Shown here: one piece after another, positions 1 to 13,329 of the stretch | Layout: each line of letters opens with the position of its first letter | How positions within the stretch are numbered: position 1 is the first letter of the stretch | NCBI GenBank assembly: GCA_050230475.1 | Contig: JBFLGF010000020.1 | Span: 1 to 64,000, forward strand | From: Ancylonema sp. | Taxonomy: Eukaryota | Length of the DNA: 64,000 nt | Direction: 5' to 3' | Notes under the pieces: model-generated | What the model was told of the DNA's origin: nothing | Databases searched by the model: none | What the model saw: only the letters and a program-made list of their open reading frames with translations | Position numbers and translations under genes: made by a program

Positions 1-164
1 CCCCAAAAAAAAAAAAAAAAAAAAAATGGGTGTAGAAGAAAATACTTTGGCGGGGGGGGGGGGGGACTTAAAAAAAAAAAGAGGAGATGATCTTAAAAAA
101 AAACAGTTTGGCCAGGGGGTGGGGTGGGGGGAAGCTTAAAAAAAAACCATGCAAAAGTCCTCAC

Positions 165-1390
165 CCACAGCCCGAATCGCTAAGTAGTCCGTCGCCGGCC
201 CCCTCATAGCAGAAGATAGGGGCACCCCCATGAGACTCAGAATCGGCCCCGCCCCCCCAACCAGCACCACCGCCTCCACCAAACCCACCGCAGCGCCCAA
301 CAAAAGGGCTGCAGAGACAGCTGGCAGGACCACCAGCCCCCCCCCCGCCCCCGCTCCTGATGATGAGGGCGGTGAGCCCGCCGCCTCCTCTTCCGCCACT
401 AGGGATGTGGTGACGTTGATGAGAGGGACGTTGAATATCTTGGGGGGGGGAGACATATATAGGCACATATATAGGCACATATAGGCACATGCAGGCACAT
501 ATAGGCACATGTACATGTACGTTTTCTGTGGTCGCAGGTTGGATGAAAACCGCAACTGATTCGATATTACTCTATCCCATGTTACCTTGGACTCCAGTAT
601 AGGAACAGGTAACATTCACTTCGTACACTATTCCGTACACTATTCATCTCAAGTTACCTTGGACACCACATTGAAGACTGCTATGGCCACCCCCACCGCT
701 GCCAGGTCCAGCGGGCCTGCAAGGCACGCGGAAACACGTGAAACATGTGTCAGCTGCGGGCCCCATCGGGTGCATCTATCTTGCCACGTGGCGAAAGGAG
801 TCAATGGGTCCGGTACCGATCCGTCCGATGAAAAACGTGTCGGTGAGGCTGGCGAGCGGCTCGGCTGCGAGAGCCAATAGAGAGGGCCACGCGATAGAGG
901 CGATTTGAATCCCCAGCGAATCGGCAGCGAACACGTTGCTGCACCACGGAGCGCCACAAGGCGCCACAAGATGTGAATGACAGGTTGTCACGTGTACGGC
1001 TAGGATGTACGGCTGATGTTCAATCTGGAGACGGAGGGACGAGTAGAGTAGAGTAGGGTAGGGTAGGGTAGGGTACCGTGCGTCGTTGAGGAAGTCTTTG
1101 AAAGGGTCCGGCTTTTGCGCCACAGCGGAGGCCACAGCAGTCAGGGGAGAGCGGCTGTGGGGAGGACTGGTGGGCTGCCGGTCCGTCTCACTCACGACTC
1201 TCCGTCGTCTCTGCCTGGATAACAACTGAGGCCCCCGTAATGAAATTCCATATGCTCTGACGTTGAGTTTATTACTTTCCGGGATAGAATTGGCCCGGAC
1301 CGAGAGAGAGGCAGCACACTGAATCCGCTGAGCAGCCCCTGCCATGTGGATTTGCGGCACGCCAGGCGAGGCGGCACGCCACCCTGTCAT
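165..1390 (-). CDS. MATE/DTX family transporter (DTX42-47 / FRD3-like clade, probably plastid-targeted); 5' four exons, gene continues beyond the left window edge
   Basis: Exons 1390(or 1345)..1077, 938..817, 716..658, 438..165 have GT-AG borders and consistent phases (2,1,0,1). The spliced protein reads ...FLNDARNVFAADSLGIQIASIAWPSLLALAAEPLASLTDTFFIGRIGPLDLAAVGVAIAVFNVVSKIFNVPLINVTTSLVAEE...MGVPLSSAMRGPATDYLAIRAVG, matching the plant DTX N-terminal signature. The N-terminus is Ser/Arg/Ala-rich, like a transit peptide. Confidence 0.9.
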
Positions 1391-1861
1391 TTTTCGAGCA
1401 TTAACTATGGTCGGCCTTAACGCGCCGGACCATCCGTTCCGGATAGTTCTGAGTAGCCCCGGGGTTAAATATGGGTACAGTAAAAGCTACATCTCATCTC
1501 ATTACCCTCATTCGTACAACATCTCATTTCCCACGTCTGTTTCAGACTCCTCCCATGCCACCTCTTCTTCTTCATCGGGATCTTTTCCCTCTGAATCATT
1601 CGTGCATGCGCAGTTTACGTGACTGTCTGTCATCACTTGACAGATGCGTTTGAATGCGGACACGGGAAGGAGGAGGAGCGTCGGACGACGCGATACAACG
1701 GCTCCTGGCGTTCAATCGCGTAAAGGACGGCCGGACGGACGTATCATTTCGAGGCTAAACGTCCGATAAATGCTGCCCGTCAGTTCTTCTTTTGCCAAAA
1801 CAACGTTATGAGGAGTAGTGTTTGCCCGTCGTGTGGTCGTGTCCTCGTGGTCCTTGTGGTT

Positions 1862-2416
1862 CAGTGCAGTCTTGATATAGTGACACACCGTACAGTGACA
1901 ATCGTATAGTGACATTTTTTTTGCCCTTTTTCTAATCCTACATAAAAACCTACTCTATATAGTGACAATCGCTACAGTGACACACGTTATAGTGACCAAA
2001 AATTCCCAGATTTTTGTATTGCGATGTCACTATACGGTGAAACCTGTCTAAATTTATACTGCGAAAATTAATAACCTCTCTATTTTAACGCATAACATTC
2101 CGCCAGAACTTTTTTTAGCCAGAAGGTGACGCGTAAATGAATCACCAGTCTAATTTCATTTTTTGTTATGGTTCCAACATTAGTCATGTAGACAGGTTTT
2201 ACCATAGCGAGAGAATGTTATAACGAATGCCGTTTAGATGAGCCACCTCCGTTAAAAATGTCGACCTGAATTTCACTTTCTCTCGATAAAGTGGCATTTG
2301 CCTATTGTCGCCCTATCAAATGTCACTATACAGTGTATAGTGACAGCCCTAGCATTCGATATAGTGACATTATATCCCCATGTCTATAAAATTGTCACTA
2401 TATCGAGACTGCAGTG
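1862..2416. mobile_element. Non-autonomous Tc1/mariner (pogo/Tigger-like) MITE
   Basis: Terminal inverted repeats CAGTGCAGTCTTGATATAGTGACA / TGTCACTATATCGAGACTGCAGTG (2 mismatches), with many internal ATAGTGAC subterminal repeats. The flanking TA is not preserved. Confidence 0.75.
2035..2204. mobile_element. Small TA-target MITE nested in the 1862-2416 element
   Basis: TA|CGGTGAAACCTGTCTA ... TAGACAGGTTTTACCA|TA. The TIR is related to the 15794 family (CAGTAAAACCTGTCTA). Confidence 0.7.
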
Positions 2417-2427
2417 GTAAGGTGGTG

Positions 2428-3711
2428 CAATGCTCCCTCGATTGAAGGACAAAACAAATCATTATGCTTATATCGAGGTGTCCTTATACACTACGTTAGG
2501 ACATTCGCTACAAGATCTATATATGTGTGTCCTTACATCGAGAGACTTCGTGAATGAAGCGAAGTAAATAAGCAAATATGTCATTTACATGTTGCCTAGA
2601 GTAAGTTGCCTTAGCATCATCATCCAATTCAGTGTGGGTGTTGTGATGCAAGTTATACAGGTCCATAATGAAACCAATGCATAGCGACTAGCAATGCATA
2701 ACTACACTACGAGGAGAGTGGGGGAGTATTATGATAATACTAAGCAAAAAAATCCTCGCATATTTTGTTGGCCGTAGACACTATGGTCATGAACAACATA
2801 ACAATTGTTGAAAGGCAATAAAAACGAGTACTTGTCATGAAGAGTCCCAAATCGTGAACCGCAAACAAATACATAAGTCTTATTCTGTCCAACAAACTAG
2901 ATTAATCCAAATCATTGTGTACATTTCCATGATTTGAAATAAATTCAAAGATTGTCACCAACAACTCTCGTTGTGGCATAACAAACGGACACACATTCGG
3001 ACACAAATCGACGTGATTCGACCCTAACTAACTTGTATCTGGGCACCGGAACGTGACGTGGTGATTTGATTGTGTCGTTCATGGCACGTGTAGTCTAGAT
3101 GGTTCCGCATCTATGTGACGTTACGTAATGATTGGTGTTTTGCTAGTCACGTCAGATTGTCCGGCATGAGCCGTTTTGTTTGTTGTTGACTTGTGATAGA
3201 TCGACGGTCCGTAGATCCAACCATCGGCACACTTTGCTAAGTTTCGCATTGTACGAGGCATAGTGGTATCACACACCCGATGTCGACCATTTTCTATTAT
3301 CAATCCAACAGACGAAACTTGTCATTGATCAACTCTAAGAGAGGTAGTTCTCGTACGGAAAGTTCACACTCAATCTTGCACACCAATCCCGTTCTCACAT
3401 CAAAAAGTATTATTCGGCACCCATAATTTTCATCACTTGTATCGACTTTATTTTGTATTTTTTTAATTCTATATTTTTCACGATTTCGAGACATTTCGAG
3501 ATATGCAAGAAACATCGATCTATACACAGTATAAAGACATTCACCAACAAATTTATGAAATAAATTGTCCTTATATAGAGTGTCGTTATGCTTATATCGA
3601 GGGCATTTTGTATTGATTATTAAAAGCTCAAAATTTTGTCCTTATAAAGGTCCTTATTTTGTCCTTATCGAGGTTGTCCTTATAAAGAGGGTCCTTATCG
3701 AGGGAGCACTG
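2428..3711. mobile_element. Non-autonomous pogo/Tigger-like DNA transposon
   Basis: Left end CAATGCTCCCTCGATTGAAGGAC; right end GTCCTTATCGAGGGAGCACTG|TA; repeated GTCCTTAT subterminal motifs. Confidence 0.7.
3030..3405 (+). mobile_element. Diverged solo LTR related to the Copia LTR at 49393-49849
   Basis: Collinear shared blocks with that LTR: GGGCACC, GTCTAGATGGTTCCG, TGTCCGGCATG, CGACGGTCCG, ACGAGGCAT..TGGTAT, CTTGTCATT, GTACGGAAAG, TCTTGCACACC. Boundaries approximate. Confidence 0.7.
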
Positions 3712-4022
3712 TAGATGGTTGGGGAGGACGGGTTATGTATTTTTCCGCTAAAGAGCGGGCTAGCAGTTGGCGGCGGGGTGATTAATTGTTAAGTACATCA
3801 ATCGATATTTGGTTGTTATAGCAAGATCGATTGAGCTACCCGTTTGGCATTTTCTTTGGGTCCGGTATTTCGGGCGTCCGATTTGCGGACGTCCCGACGA
3901 AGAGTGTAGCTTGCGTGGCATGTCTTTGGTGGCAGTCTAGCGTCACGAATGGAGTGGATGGGAATGACTCAATAGTCAACGTTGATAATCGAAGTTGTGG
4001 ATGAAGTACATGTGGGTAGGAT

Positions 4023-4762
4023 CATAGTTGCACCAATAAGTGGCTGCCATTTGCATACAGCCGTTTGCATACATGATCCTTGCCGTAAGTAGTTTTCCAT
4101 ACGGCTAGTTTTTTTTTTTTTTTTTTTTATAAAGCTCTCATTCTTGTGCTAGAAAGTTCATGTATATTTGTTCCGGTCCCAACATATGTTGAGTCAGATT
4201 ATCTGACGTTTTTATTGTTTATTTATATTCATCCAGTATATTTAAAAGTGGTCATAACTGATGTTTCAAATCTTCAAGATTTTGAGCATTGATGATAAAT
4301 AAATTTTATTATTTCAAACTCCGCCTTATTTTCATTCAACTTCCATCTTTTTCATTCCAATTTTTATATCCGATTCTCTCATGCTTGGTGTGACAAGGTA
4401 GTAAAGCAATTTTGTTCAACAATAAATACAAAGTCATACTCGCCGCCAAGTATCTATCCAAAACTCATACGAATAGCATGTAGCATAGGTACATCTATGA
4501 AAATGACGATTGGAGGGATACACTTGGCCGCCGACTCGTAGACATACATCTACGCCTATACTTTTGATGTAGGCGCAGAGCTTAGTTGTGCCACGTACGG
4601 TTACGTGTTGATTAGTTCTTAAATATCCATATCCGTGAAACGAAATTTTCGATATGAAAATTGAGCCCGAACGTATGTAGCCGAATGGACGCCCCACGTA
4701 TGGCTGGCAAAAGTATGGCATACGGCGTATGTATTTTTTTTCGCCGTATGGGTGCAACTATG
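4023..4762. mobile_element. hAT-superfamily non-autonomous element (MITE)
   Basis: 16-bp TIR CATAGTTGCACC(A/C)ATA at both ends and a perfect 8-bp target-site duplication GGTAGGAT (4015-4022 and 4763-4770). Confidence 0.9.
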
Positions 4763-4814
4763 GGTAGGATGTCATGCCTGATTAAGTCGTCAACAAAAAA
4801 TCCCTCAGTTTTAA

Positions 4815-5966
4815 TTAGAATATTGAAATAGCCGCGCCGCTAAGTTTTTCCGCCAAGTCACGACTCCGCCCCCGCTCATTACATTTCGAACTTCGTCGGT
4901 GACCGGCGCCCTTTATTATATCTTGATTAGTCAGACTTTGACTTTTCTTTGTATATGAATTGATTAGCTGACGCGTTGATAAACTTGTCAATAATAGTTT
5001 CACCGTGACCGTAGCATTCAATATCGATGGCTCAGAATCAATTAGAGATGTCTACAACCGAACGCGCAAGTATTTCGGATATTGTGCAAGTATTGAATCG
5101 AATAATAAAGACTCCTGTAATACTTTCAAATATTAGCTTTCGCTGGATTCGACGCTAAAGAGATTACTTGCACACCATTGTTATTGTCAAACCTTTGCTA
5201 TCGCAACCTTGCTATCGATTGATTTTCTTTGCCTTGCGCAACCGTGTTTTCGAGCTTACGCTTGATTGTTGCATCAAGGTGTCGCTTTGCAATTGTTGTA
5301 ATTACGTCATTACCAAGATTGTCGATTGTGTGTCCTGCTTATGCACTTAAACAAACACATGTTTATTTACCCGAGATTACGCTCATTACCAGAACCTTCA
5401 CTCATCCGTGCAAGACGTTCGCGCATCTCTTTTGCTGCCATTGACAAACATTGTAGACTTGTGCCATAATCAGTTGCTTGCCAATCAAGAAGTAAAGCGT
5501 CTTTTATTGCATATTTGTGTCGCTTTCGTTGTTCTTTTCGAGCAGTGAGTAGTACACCGAATAGAGCTCGAAAATTGCCTCGTTTGTGTGATTGTTTACA
5601 ATCACTACCGCGATTAAAGCGAGCACAACACTCTCAGTTACGAAATTCCAGCCTCCAATCTCAGCCATTACAACATCGACATGACCCTAATATGTCGAGC
5701 ATTACCTTACTATTACCATTCATTGCTACCATCATCGACTGCTCACGTCATCAATGACCTCTTTACCCTACCGATCTCGTCCGGCACGTCAAGGATGCAT
5801 TCGATTGGGTGTAGATGTACGTTCATGTTGAGTCATAGCGTACAAAAAAGGGATGCATGTTCGCAGACCCAAAGGTCGGACCTTTGGTATGTAATCCGAA
5901 GTCCAAGCACTCTGGTTGTATTACGCCATAGTGCAGACCTAGCAAGCTTTGAACACGAGTGGTGAC
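4815..5966 (+). repeat. Dispersed repeat, probable decayed LTR of a Gypsy-like family
   Basis: 4815-5010 aligns by eye with 62742-62937 (GTCACGACTCCGC, CTTCGTCGGTGACCGGCGCCCTTT, CGTGACCG). The right boundary is uncertain. Confidence 0.55.
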
Positions 5967-6449
5967 GTGGCATTGCGGTGCAAGTGTTGTGGTGCAATTA
6001 TGGCTTGCTTATTGGCTGATGATATGACTATCGAAAGTAGCGCGAATTTTCGTGTTGTTGGATGTGAGATCGAAAATAATACTACCGTGTAGATACGGAG
6101 TGTGTCATCTCGCCTTGTTTGTTAGTGAGCTTGTAATTGAAACGAGTTTTGGTTGAAGTTTGGAATAACCGCATGCCGTCTAGGCGGTTCGGGAAGCGGT
6201 TCGGGGAACGGTTCGGGATTGCTATCTACTGTGGTATTCTGCATACCGACCAGACTATTGGTGGTTCTCTCTACCTTAAATAATGTACAGTGCTCATAAC
6301 TAAGAATAAAGTGAAGACGAAGACAATAAGAAACCCACCCACCCCAACCGAACCCAACCCAACCCAGATCGCCCCCCCACCCCCCCAGCCCCTTCGGACT
6401 TTGGCCTCATTTGGGCCCCCCTCCCCCCCTTTCTTCCCCCCTGCCTCCT

Positions 6450-8985
6450 TTATACCCCTTTCGCCCCCCCCTTCAAATCCGCAACCCCAACCGCCAACCC
6501 CTTCTTCCCCCCTGCCGCCAAGTCAGCAGCCGCCTGCGCTGACGTGGCGCCCTCCTCCCCCTCCTTCTCCTCCCCCACAACAGGCGCCAGCCTGGCGTGC
6601 CAGTCGTGCATACACATCCGCCGATCCACGTCATAGTGCCAATACCCGTTGATCACCAACCGCGCTTTTTTGGCGTCCCTCCCGGAGATCCAATTGTTGT
6701 GCAGGATGGCACAACCCTTTTTGCGGCACGCACGTGTCACATCCTCCTGCTTCCAGAAATCGTGGACCGCCCCGTTGGGGTACACCTGTCTGTCCAAAAA
6801 GATGGTCCTCAGCCCGTTCTCGTACACGCACTCCTCCCTGCCCTTCACCAACTTCTCGCCCTTCACCCCGCACAGCACGTCGTAGAAACTGGGCTGTTCC
6901 GACAGCTTCGTGTGGCTGGCGTGCTCGACCACCATGGCCAGCGCGTCGATTGTGATGTTATCCGAGCGCGCGAAATAGAAACCGGAGTTGATGCGACGGA
7001 TGCCCGATCCGGGTATCGACCCGTTGGGCTCATTGCTCTGGATGGGGAAGGTCCCGGGGCCGAAGGAGAGGAGGTCGGGGAGGGGGTCTTTATACCAAAC
7101 GATGTCCACATCACTCCATAGAACGGAGTAGCCTTCTCTCAGAACCCGAACCACCGCCCGCGATTTCAGTTTCGTGAACTGCCGAAAGCACTGCGTCCCA
7201 AAAGCGCAGTCCTTCGAGTTGAGGCTTTTCAGGGACGTGGACGTGCTCTCGTAGTAGGTTGCCAGGCCCTGGGTGAACGCGAACTTGTAGAGCTCTTCGT
7301 CTAGGGCCGCGACCAGAAGGTTGTCGATGAGGCCCATTTCGCGCAGCTGGCACGCGAAGTTCATGAGCATTTCGCTGTATCCCATCGTTACCGCAACCAG
7401 GATAACGACTTTGAGGTCGCCCACTTTGCGGGCAACGTCGGGGAGGAGGTAGTGGAGGGTGTGGGGGAGGCCCTCCTTGGAGTTGACAGCTGGCAGCGCA
7501 TTGATGGAGAAGTCCTCGTTCTTGTCCACCGACAGCGCGCCACACGTCCACTGACGCGTCTTCTCGTTCAGCTTGGGGTCGGATTGGGTTTTGGCGACGA
7601 GGGGGGAGTACTCGCAGGAGCAGTTGGAGGGGCGGACGCGCTTCTGGAGGCAGATGTTGAACACTGGGGGGTGGGGGGGGGGGTTGGGGGGGGGAGTGAA
7701 CTGATACATTCGAACAAAAAATAACCAAAACCCAACCTTGACTTATGATCCATCCATATTTCTGCGTATATTTATTTTTTGTATTTCCCCCCTTTTTCCT
7801 ACCTGTGGGTTCAAAGCAGGAGGCGAGTCTCCAGGGCGTATGCAGGGCGGTTCCTTTCTGGTTACGGTACGTCCCGTAGGATTGCGACAGGTGGATGTTG
7901 TTGAAGATCTCCCAGCTGCTCTGCTTTCGCTGACTCCAAAAGTTCTTCCCCGCATCCACCTTGCCAGCTGTCCCGTTCACGACCATCACGTGCGAATACG
8001 AGTGTGCCAGGTGGATGCTCGTGACCGCATCGCTGGCGTCCACCATGTCGCGAAGCCCAGCCGCGATGACCTCGTGGGTGAACCAGTTGTCGTATTTCGC
8101 GCGCCCGAACGTGAAGGGCGGCATGACGCCCGAGAAGAGCGGGACGGGGGAGTTGTTCCACATCCAAAAGTCAACGCCGCCGTATGTGTGGAGGCTGCCA
8201 TTGGCCCGGGCGTATGTACGGACGGCCGAGTCGAATTCGGAGGCCACGGAGTCGTACCCCCGCCCGGATGTGCCCTCGAAGTCGAACGGGAAACCCTCGG
8301 CCAGATCCCAGCGGGCCGCGGTGAGCACCCAGTTGTCGAACGCGGATGACACCCTGTGGATCGCGGGCACGAGGTCGTTAAGGAGGATGATGTCAGCATT
8401 GATGATCATCGACAGGGCGGTGTTAGCTGCTTCCGCACGTGCAACCATAGAATGGAACTGGGGGACCCCTCGGAAGTTGAAATCTAACTTCGATTCCACG
8501 GATACCGAGTGCGGGAATTCCGCCTGGAGGGCGAAAAAGGTGGGATCTTCCCCTAGGAGAACCACTGTTGGGGTAGGGGAGAGGCGCAACCATGATAGAA
8601 GGGCGCGCCTCTGTTCACACTTGGCGAAGTTGTCCACCCGGTATGGCTTGGGGGCGCAAAAGATGGTCAGGGAAGGGATGGACCGGATGGAGCCCAGTTT
8701 TAGGGATGGTATCAGAATTCGATGACGTGGCAAGGAGGAATCGGATCGCACAAGGTGTTGTGTCTGCTGGATCACCCTCCTGATCGTGAATGGTGAATCA
8801 TACTCTGACCCTAACGCCTCGTGACTCCTTTCCCCGCAGCTTGCCTGGTCAGCACGGAATGCGGAGTGGTTGAACACTGTTAGGGACCAGATAAACAATG
8901 CGATGGAGATGAGGAGAGGTCCGTGTCGAAAGGTGGAAGTACCGGCAGTGGCAGGCTGTCGTCGGATTCGATACGGAGCGAACAT
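6450..8985 (-). CDS. RAY1: Beta-arabinofuranosyltransferase RAY1-like (GT77, nucleotide-diphospho-sugar transferase), 2 exons, 798 aa
   Basis: Exons 8985..7803 and 7663..6450 are joined by a phase-1 GT-AG intron (ACAG|gtagga...ccccag|TGTTC), total 2397 nt. N-terminal TM anchor; motifs [32 protein letters not shown] (DxD), RRINSGFYFARSD, LSEQPSFYDVLCG and LHNNWISG match the plant RAY1 family as recalled. Confidence 0.88.
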
Positions 8986-9499
8986 AGCTACCTTCTCCGA
9001 CTGGCGACTCCGACCCCATACACCGACGTCAGCACCACTGCGCGGTTCTACAAACGGGAACACGATGGAAGGTACGTTTCGAGATACAGAGCATGCCAGG
9101 ACACACCCGCTCAGCTCTCACCGGGAGGAATGAAAACAGCTGGGCACTCTCTTCTCTGCCCTTCGGACTCTGAGAGCGGGATGATAGGGAGATGTGCCGT
9201 CAGGTTTCTGCTGGGGGCGCTAGTTTCGGTACTGTGGTGATGATTCTGATTAGTGTTGATTTTGTTGCACATCGGCACCTGCGACCAACACGGAAATGAA
9301 CCCCCCGATCGTCCGTACATACGTCCGCACAAATACGGACGCATTGCGGACGGCCTCACGCACAAAGATCTGGTGGAATCCCGTCCGCCTCCATGCACTT
9401 TTTTGGGTGACGGCCCCCGGACGCAATTTTTTTTGGTAGTCTGCAGGCCAACTGCTAGCCCGCACCGGATGTTACCGCACCGGGAATGAATTACGTACG

Positions 9500-9512
9500 C
9501 ACGTGGCACGTG
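9500..9512. promoter_or_regulatory. Tandem G-boxes (CACGTG-G-CACGTG) upstream of RAY1; second copy at 11776-11788
   Basis: Two adjacent CACGTG palindromes about 515 bp upstream of the ATG. Function is inferred from plant bZIP/bHLH motif consensus only. Confidence 0.4.
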
Positions 9513-9778
9513 CCGGGGGGGAGGGGGATTAGGGAAGGGGTTTTAGGGGTTTTTGGGATGGCAGGAGGGCGGAAATGGGCGTGTGAGTGGTGTGGGGTTC
9601 TGCATGTGATGATGACGTGTCTGGTTATGGAGGGGGGTTGGTGGTGGGGGGGGGGTAGGGATAGGGGTTTCTTGTATGGATGAGAATGGGTAGTGATTAG
9701 GGAGGGGTGAGTGCCTGCCACAAAACACTTATACCTACCACTACGTGGGCAGAGATAATTACCCACGGTAAGGGATTT

Positions 9779-9920
<142 letters not shown>

Positions 9921-10078
9921 TTTAATATATTTTTTTAACAGGCTGGGGGGGGGGGCCGAATGGGGGGGGGAGTGAACTGATACATTCGAACAAAAAATAA
10001 CCAAAACCCAACCTTGACTTATGATCCATCCATATTTCTGCGTATATTTATTTTTTGTATTTCCCCCCTTTTTCCTAC

Positions 10079-11261
10079 CTGTGGGTTCAAAGCAGGAGGC
10101 GAGTCTCCAGGGCGTATGCAGGGCGGTTCCTTTCTGGTTACGGTACGTCCCGTAGGATTGCGACAGGTGGATGTTGTTGAAGATCTCCCAGCTGCTCTGC
10201 TTTCGCTGACTCCAAAAGTTCTTCCCCGCATCCACCTTGCCAGCTGTCCCGTTCACGACCATCACGTGCGAATACGAGTGTGCCAGGTGGATGCTCGTGA
10301 CCGCATCGCTGGCGTCCACCATGTCGCGAAGCCCAGCCGCGATGACCTCGTGGGTGAACCAGTTGTCGTATTTCGCGCGCCCGAACGTGAAGGGCGGCAT
10401 GACGCCCGAGAAGAGCGGGACGGGGGAGTTGTTCCACATCCAAAAGTCAACGCCGCCGTATGTGTGGAGGCTGCCATTGGCCCGGGCGTATGTACGGACG
10501 GCCGAGTCGAATTCGGAGGCCACGGAGTCGTACCCCCGCCCGGATGTGCCCTCGAAGTCGAACGGGAAACCCTCGGCCAGATCCCAGCGGGCCGCGGTGA
10601 GCACCCAGTTGTCGAACGCGGATGACACCCTGTGGATCGCGGGCACGAGGTCGTTAAGGAGGATGATGTCAGCATTGATGATCATCGACAGGGCGGTGTT
10701 AGCTGCTTCCGCACGTGCAACCATAGAATGGAACTGGGGGACCCCTCGGAAGTTGAAATCTAACTTCGATTCCACGGATACCGAGTGCGGGAATTCCGCC
10801 TGGAGGGCGAAAAAGGTGGGATCTTCCCCTAGGAGAACCACTTTTGGGGTAGGGGAGAGGCGCAACCATGATAGAAGGGCGCGCCTCTGTTCACACTTGG
10901 CGAAGTTGTCCACCCGGTATGGCTTGGGGGCGCAAAAGATGGTCAGGGAAGGGATGGACCGGATGGAGCCCAGTTTTAGGGATGGTATCAGAATTCGATG
11001 ACGTGGCAAGGAGGAATCGGATCGCACAAGGTGTTGTGTCTGCTGGATCACCCTCCTGATCGTGAATGGTGAATCATACTCTGACCCTAACGCCTCGTGA
11101 CTCCTTTCCCCGCAGCTTGCCTGGTCAGCACGGAATGCGGAGTGGTTGAACACTGTTAGGGACCAGATAAACAATGCGATGGAGATGAGGAGAGGTCCGT
11201 GTCGAAAGGTGGAAGAACCGGCAGTGGCAGGCTGTCGTCGGATTCGATACGGAGCGAACAT
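10079..11261 (-). pseudogene. RAY1: Duplicate RAY1 exon 1 with no exon 2 of its own; partial copy or alternative first exon
   Basis: Intact ORF and intact donor site (10078-10077), but the intron runs into the (TA)n tract instead of the acceptor. Confidence 0.75.
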
Positions 11262-13329
11262 AGCTACCTTCTCCGACTGGCGACTCCGACCCCATACACC
11301 GACGTCAGCACCACTGCGCGGTTCTACAAACGGGAACACGATGGAAGGTACGTTTCGAGATACAGAGCATGCCAGGACACACCCGCTCAGCTCTCACCGG
11401 GAGGAATGAAAACAGCTGGGCACTCTCTTCTCTGCCCTTCGGACTCTGAGAGCGGGATGATAGGGAGATGTGCCGTCAGGTTTCTGCTGGGGGCGCTAGT
11501 TTCGGTACTGTGGTGATGATTCTGATTAGTGTTGATTTTGTTGCACATCGGCACCTGCGACCAACACGGAAATGAACCCCCCGATCGTCCGTACATACGT
11601 CCGCACAAATACGGACGCATTGCGGACGGCCTCACGCACAAAGATCTGGTGGAATCCCGTCCGCCTCCATGCACTTTTTTGGGTGACGGCCCCCGGACGC
11701 AATTTTTTTTGGTAGTCTGCAGGCCAACTGCTAGCCCGCACCGGATGTTACCGCACCGGGAATGAATTACGTACGCACGTGGCACGTGCCTACGATCTCT
11801 CAGAAAAACTGCATGACGCGCATTTATCAACGCGCATGCAGACCAAACGGTTTCCGATACGCACCCAGGGTCCATACAACGGAAATACGTGTCGGTTTTC
11901 TCGATGCGACGTCTTGTTTTTCTGTGGCTTCAATTTCAGGGGCGAGAGCGGGAAGTCACCTACCGAGTAGGTGACAAGTTAACACTGTCTTGGAAAGGAG
12001 TCTCTTTGAGCTAGTCCTGCATGCAGGCGGTATGGACGGCTCCTCAAGATTACTTGCCATAGCATTATTTTTTCTCGGTGTGGGACCCACATGATCATTT
12101 TCCTTGTCATAGAGATGTTGTATTGAGGATAAAACAATGGGAACTTCACTCTTTATGAATGATTTTTTATGACCAACACATATCACGACTCCCCTTCTCG
12201 AGTGTGACTTTATGTGTCACAAAGTTCGAATTTTCAGCATTTCCTAAGGTGAAGATATTCAAAATTATATTTGTAAAAAACAAACAATGCACATTTTGTT
12301 ACGTACAAAATTCCAAGCATATAAAAATGCTATGGGAAACCGAAATCACAAATTACCCGATTTGCATGAGTAAAATTTGTTTTTGGGTACGATTGAGCCA
12401 TTTAGACATAACAATTTGGTATATGGGACAAGACGATAAAAGAATGGTATCGAAAAAAACAACCGGTTCAATGGGTACCGCGTTAACTTGATATTCCGAG
12501 CTTTTTTTATAGTACCTCCTATTCAATGAGAGGTTCACTAATTTTCTGGTTTTAGCCCAAGTCCCCAAAAACTCACTCTTATGAAAGGGAAATAATTTCC
12601 AAGGAACTACCACGACTTGCAAGCCTTGCAATTAAAAAAGATGGTCGTGATTCCATTACGACAGTGAGTCATTGATATGTAAGAATTCGATGACTCAATG
12701 GTGACGTTCAAGTGTAAACTTGGAGGAAAAAATATAACTATGTACATGGTATAAAGGTATAACGACCACATTAAAAACAAAACAAAAAAATAAAAATAAA
12801 CGAATTAATATTTTATTGATTCACGCGACTAAACCGGATATTACGTTTACCGGGAATTTTGGCTCGGTAACGTGTATTTTACCAATTATGCGTAAAACGT
12901 AAAAATTACTTGAATTTTTACGTTTTACGGTACGTTACACTTTACGTACGAGTGTAAGTGTAAGGTGTAATCGGTAATTTCACAACGCTAGTAGTAACGC
13001 TGTATTGCGTACATTTAGCATTGTGATGCGTTTGTACACATTTGCATACAAGACCTTAGGCTTGTGCACGTCTTAGTCTCTTTTATTTTTCCATGAGACC
13101 CCCCAAACACCACTTGTCCATGTGTAGCTCTTGAAAATAAACAACACTCCTCGTTTTATATGTGTGTTGTATGAGCCAAGTATTTGTCTCACGTAGTTGT
13201 TGGAATTTATGTTTACTCCTTGAACCATGTTGAAATCGGGTCTACTATTTTCCGGGCATTATATTACTATACATAATCCGTTTCAACGGTAGAATCGGGA
13301 GAGGCCACGACCAAAATGACATTGTTTCG

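Noticed and set aside
1471..1860. Possible divergent gene opposite the MATE gene
   Set aside because: Only short ORFs, with no recognisable motif or consistent exon chain.
7111..9063. 650-aa single-exon ORF with GTG start
   Set aside because: It reads through the RAY1 intron into the wrong frame; the spliced model restores the conserved C-terminal domain.
11956..12990. Possible hAT element or transposase remnant ending in TTTCACAACGCTA
   Set aside because: Only one candidate end; no matching TIR or TSD and no recognisable transposase motif.
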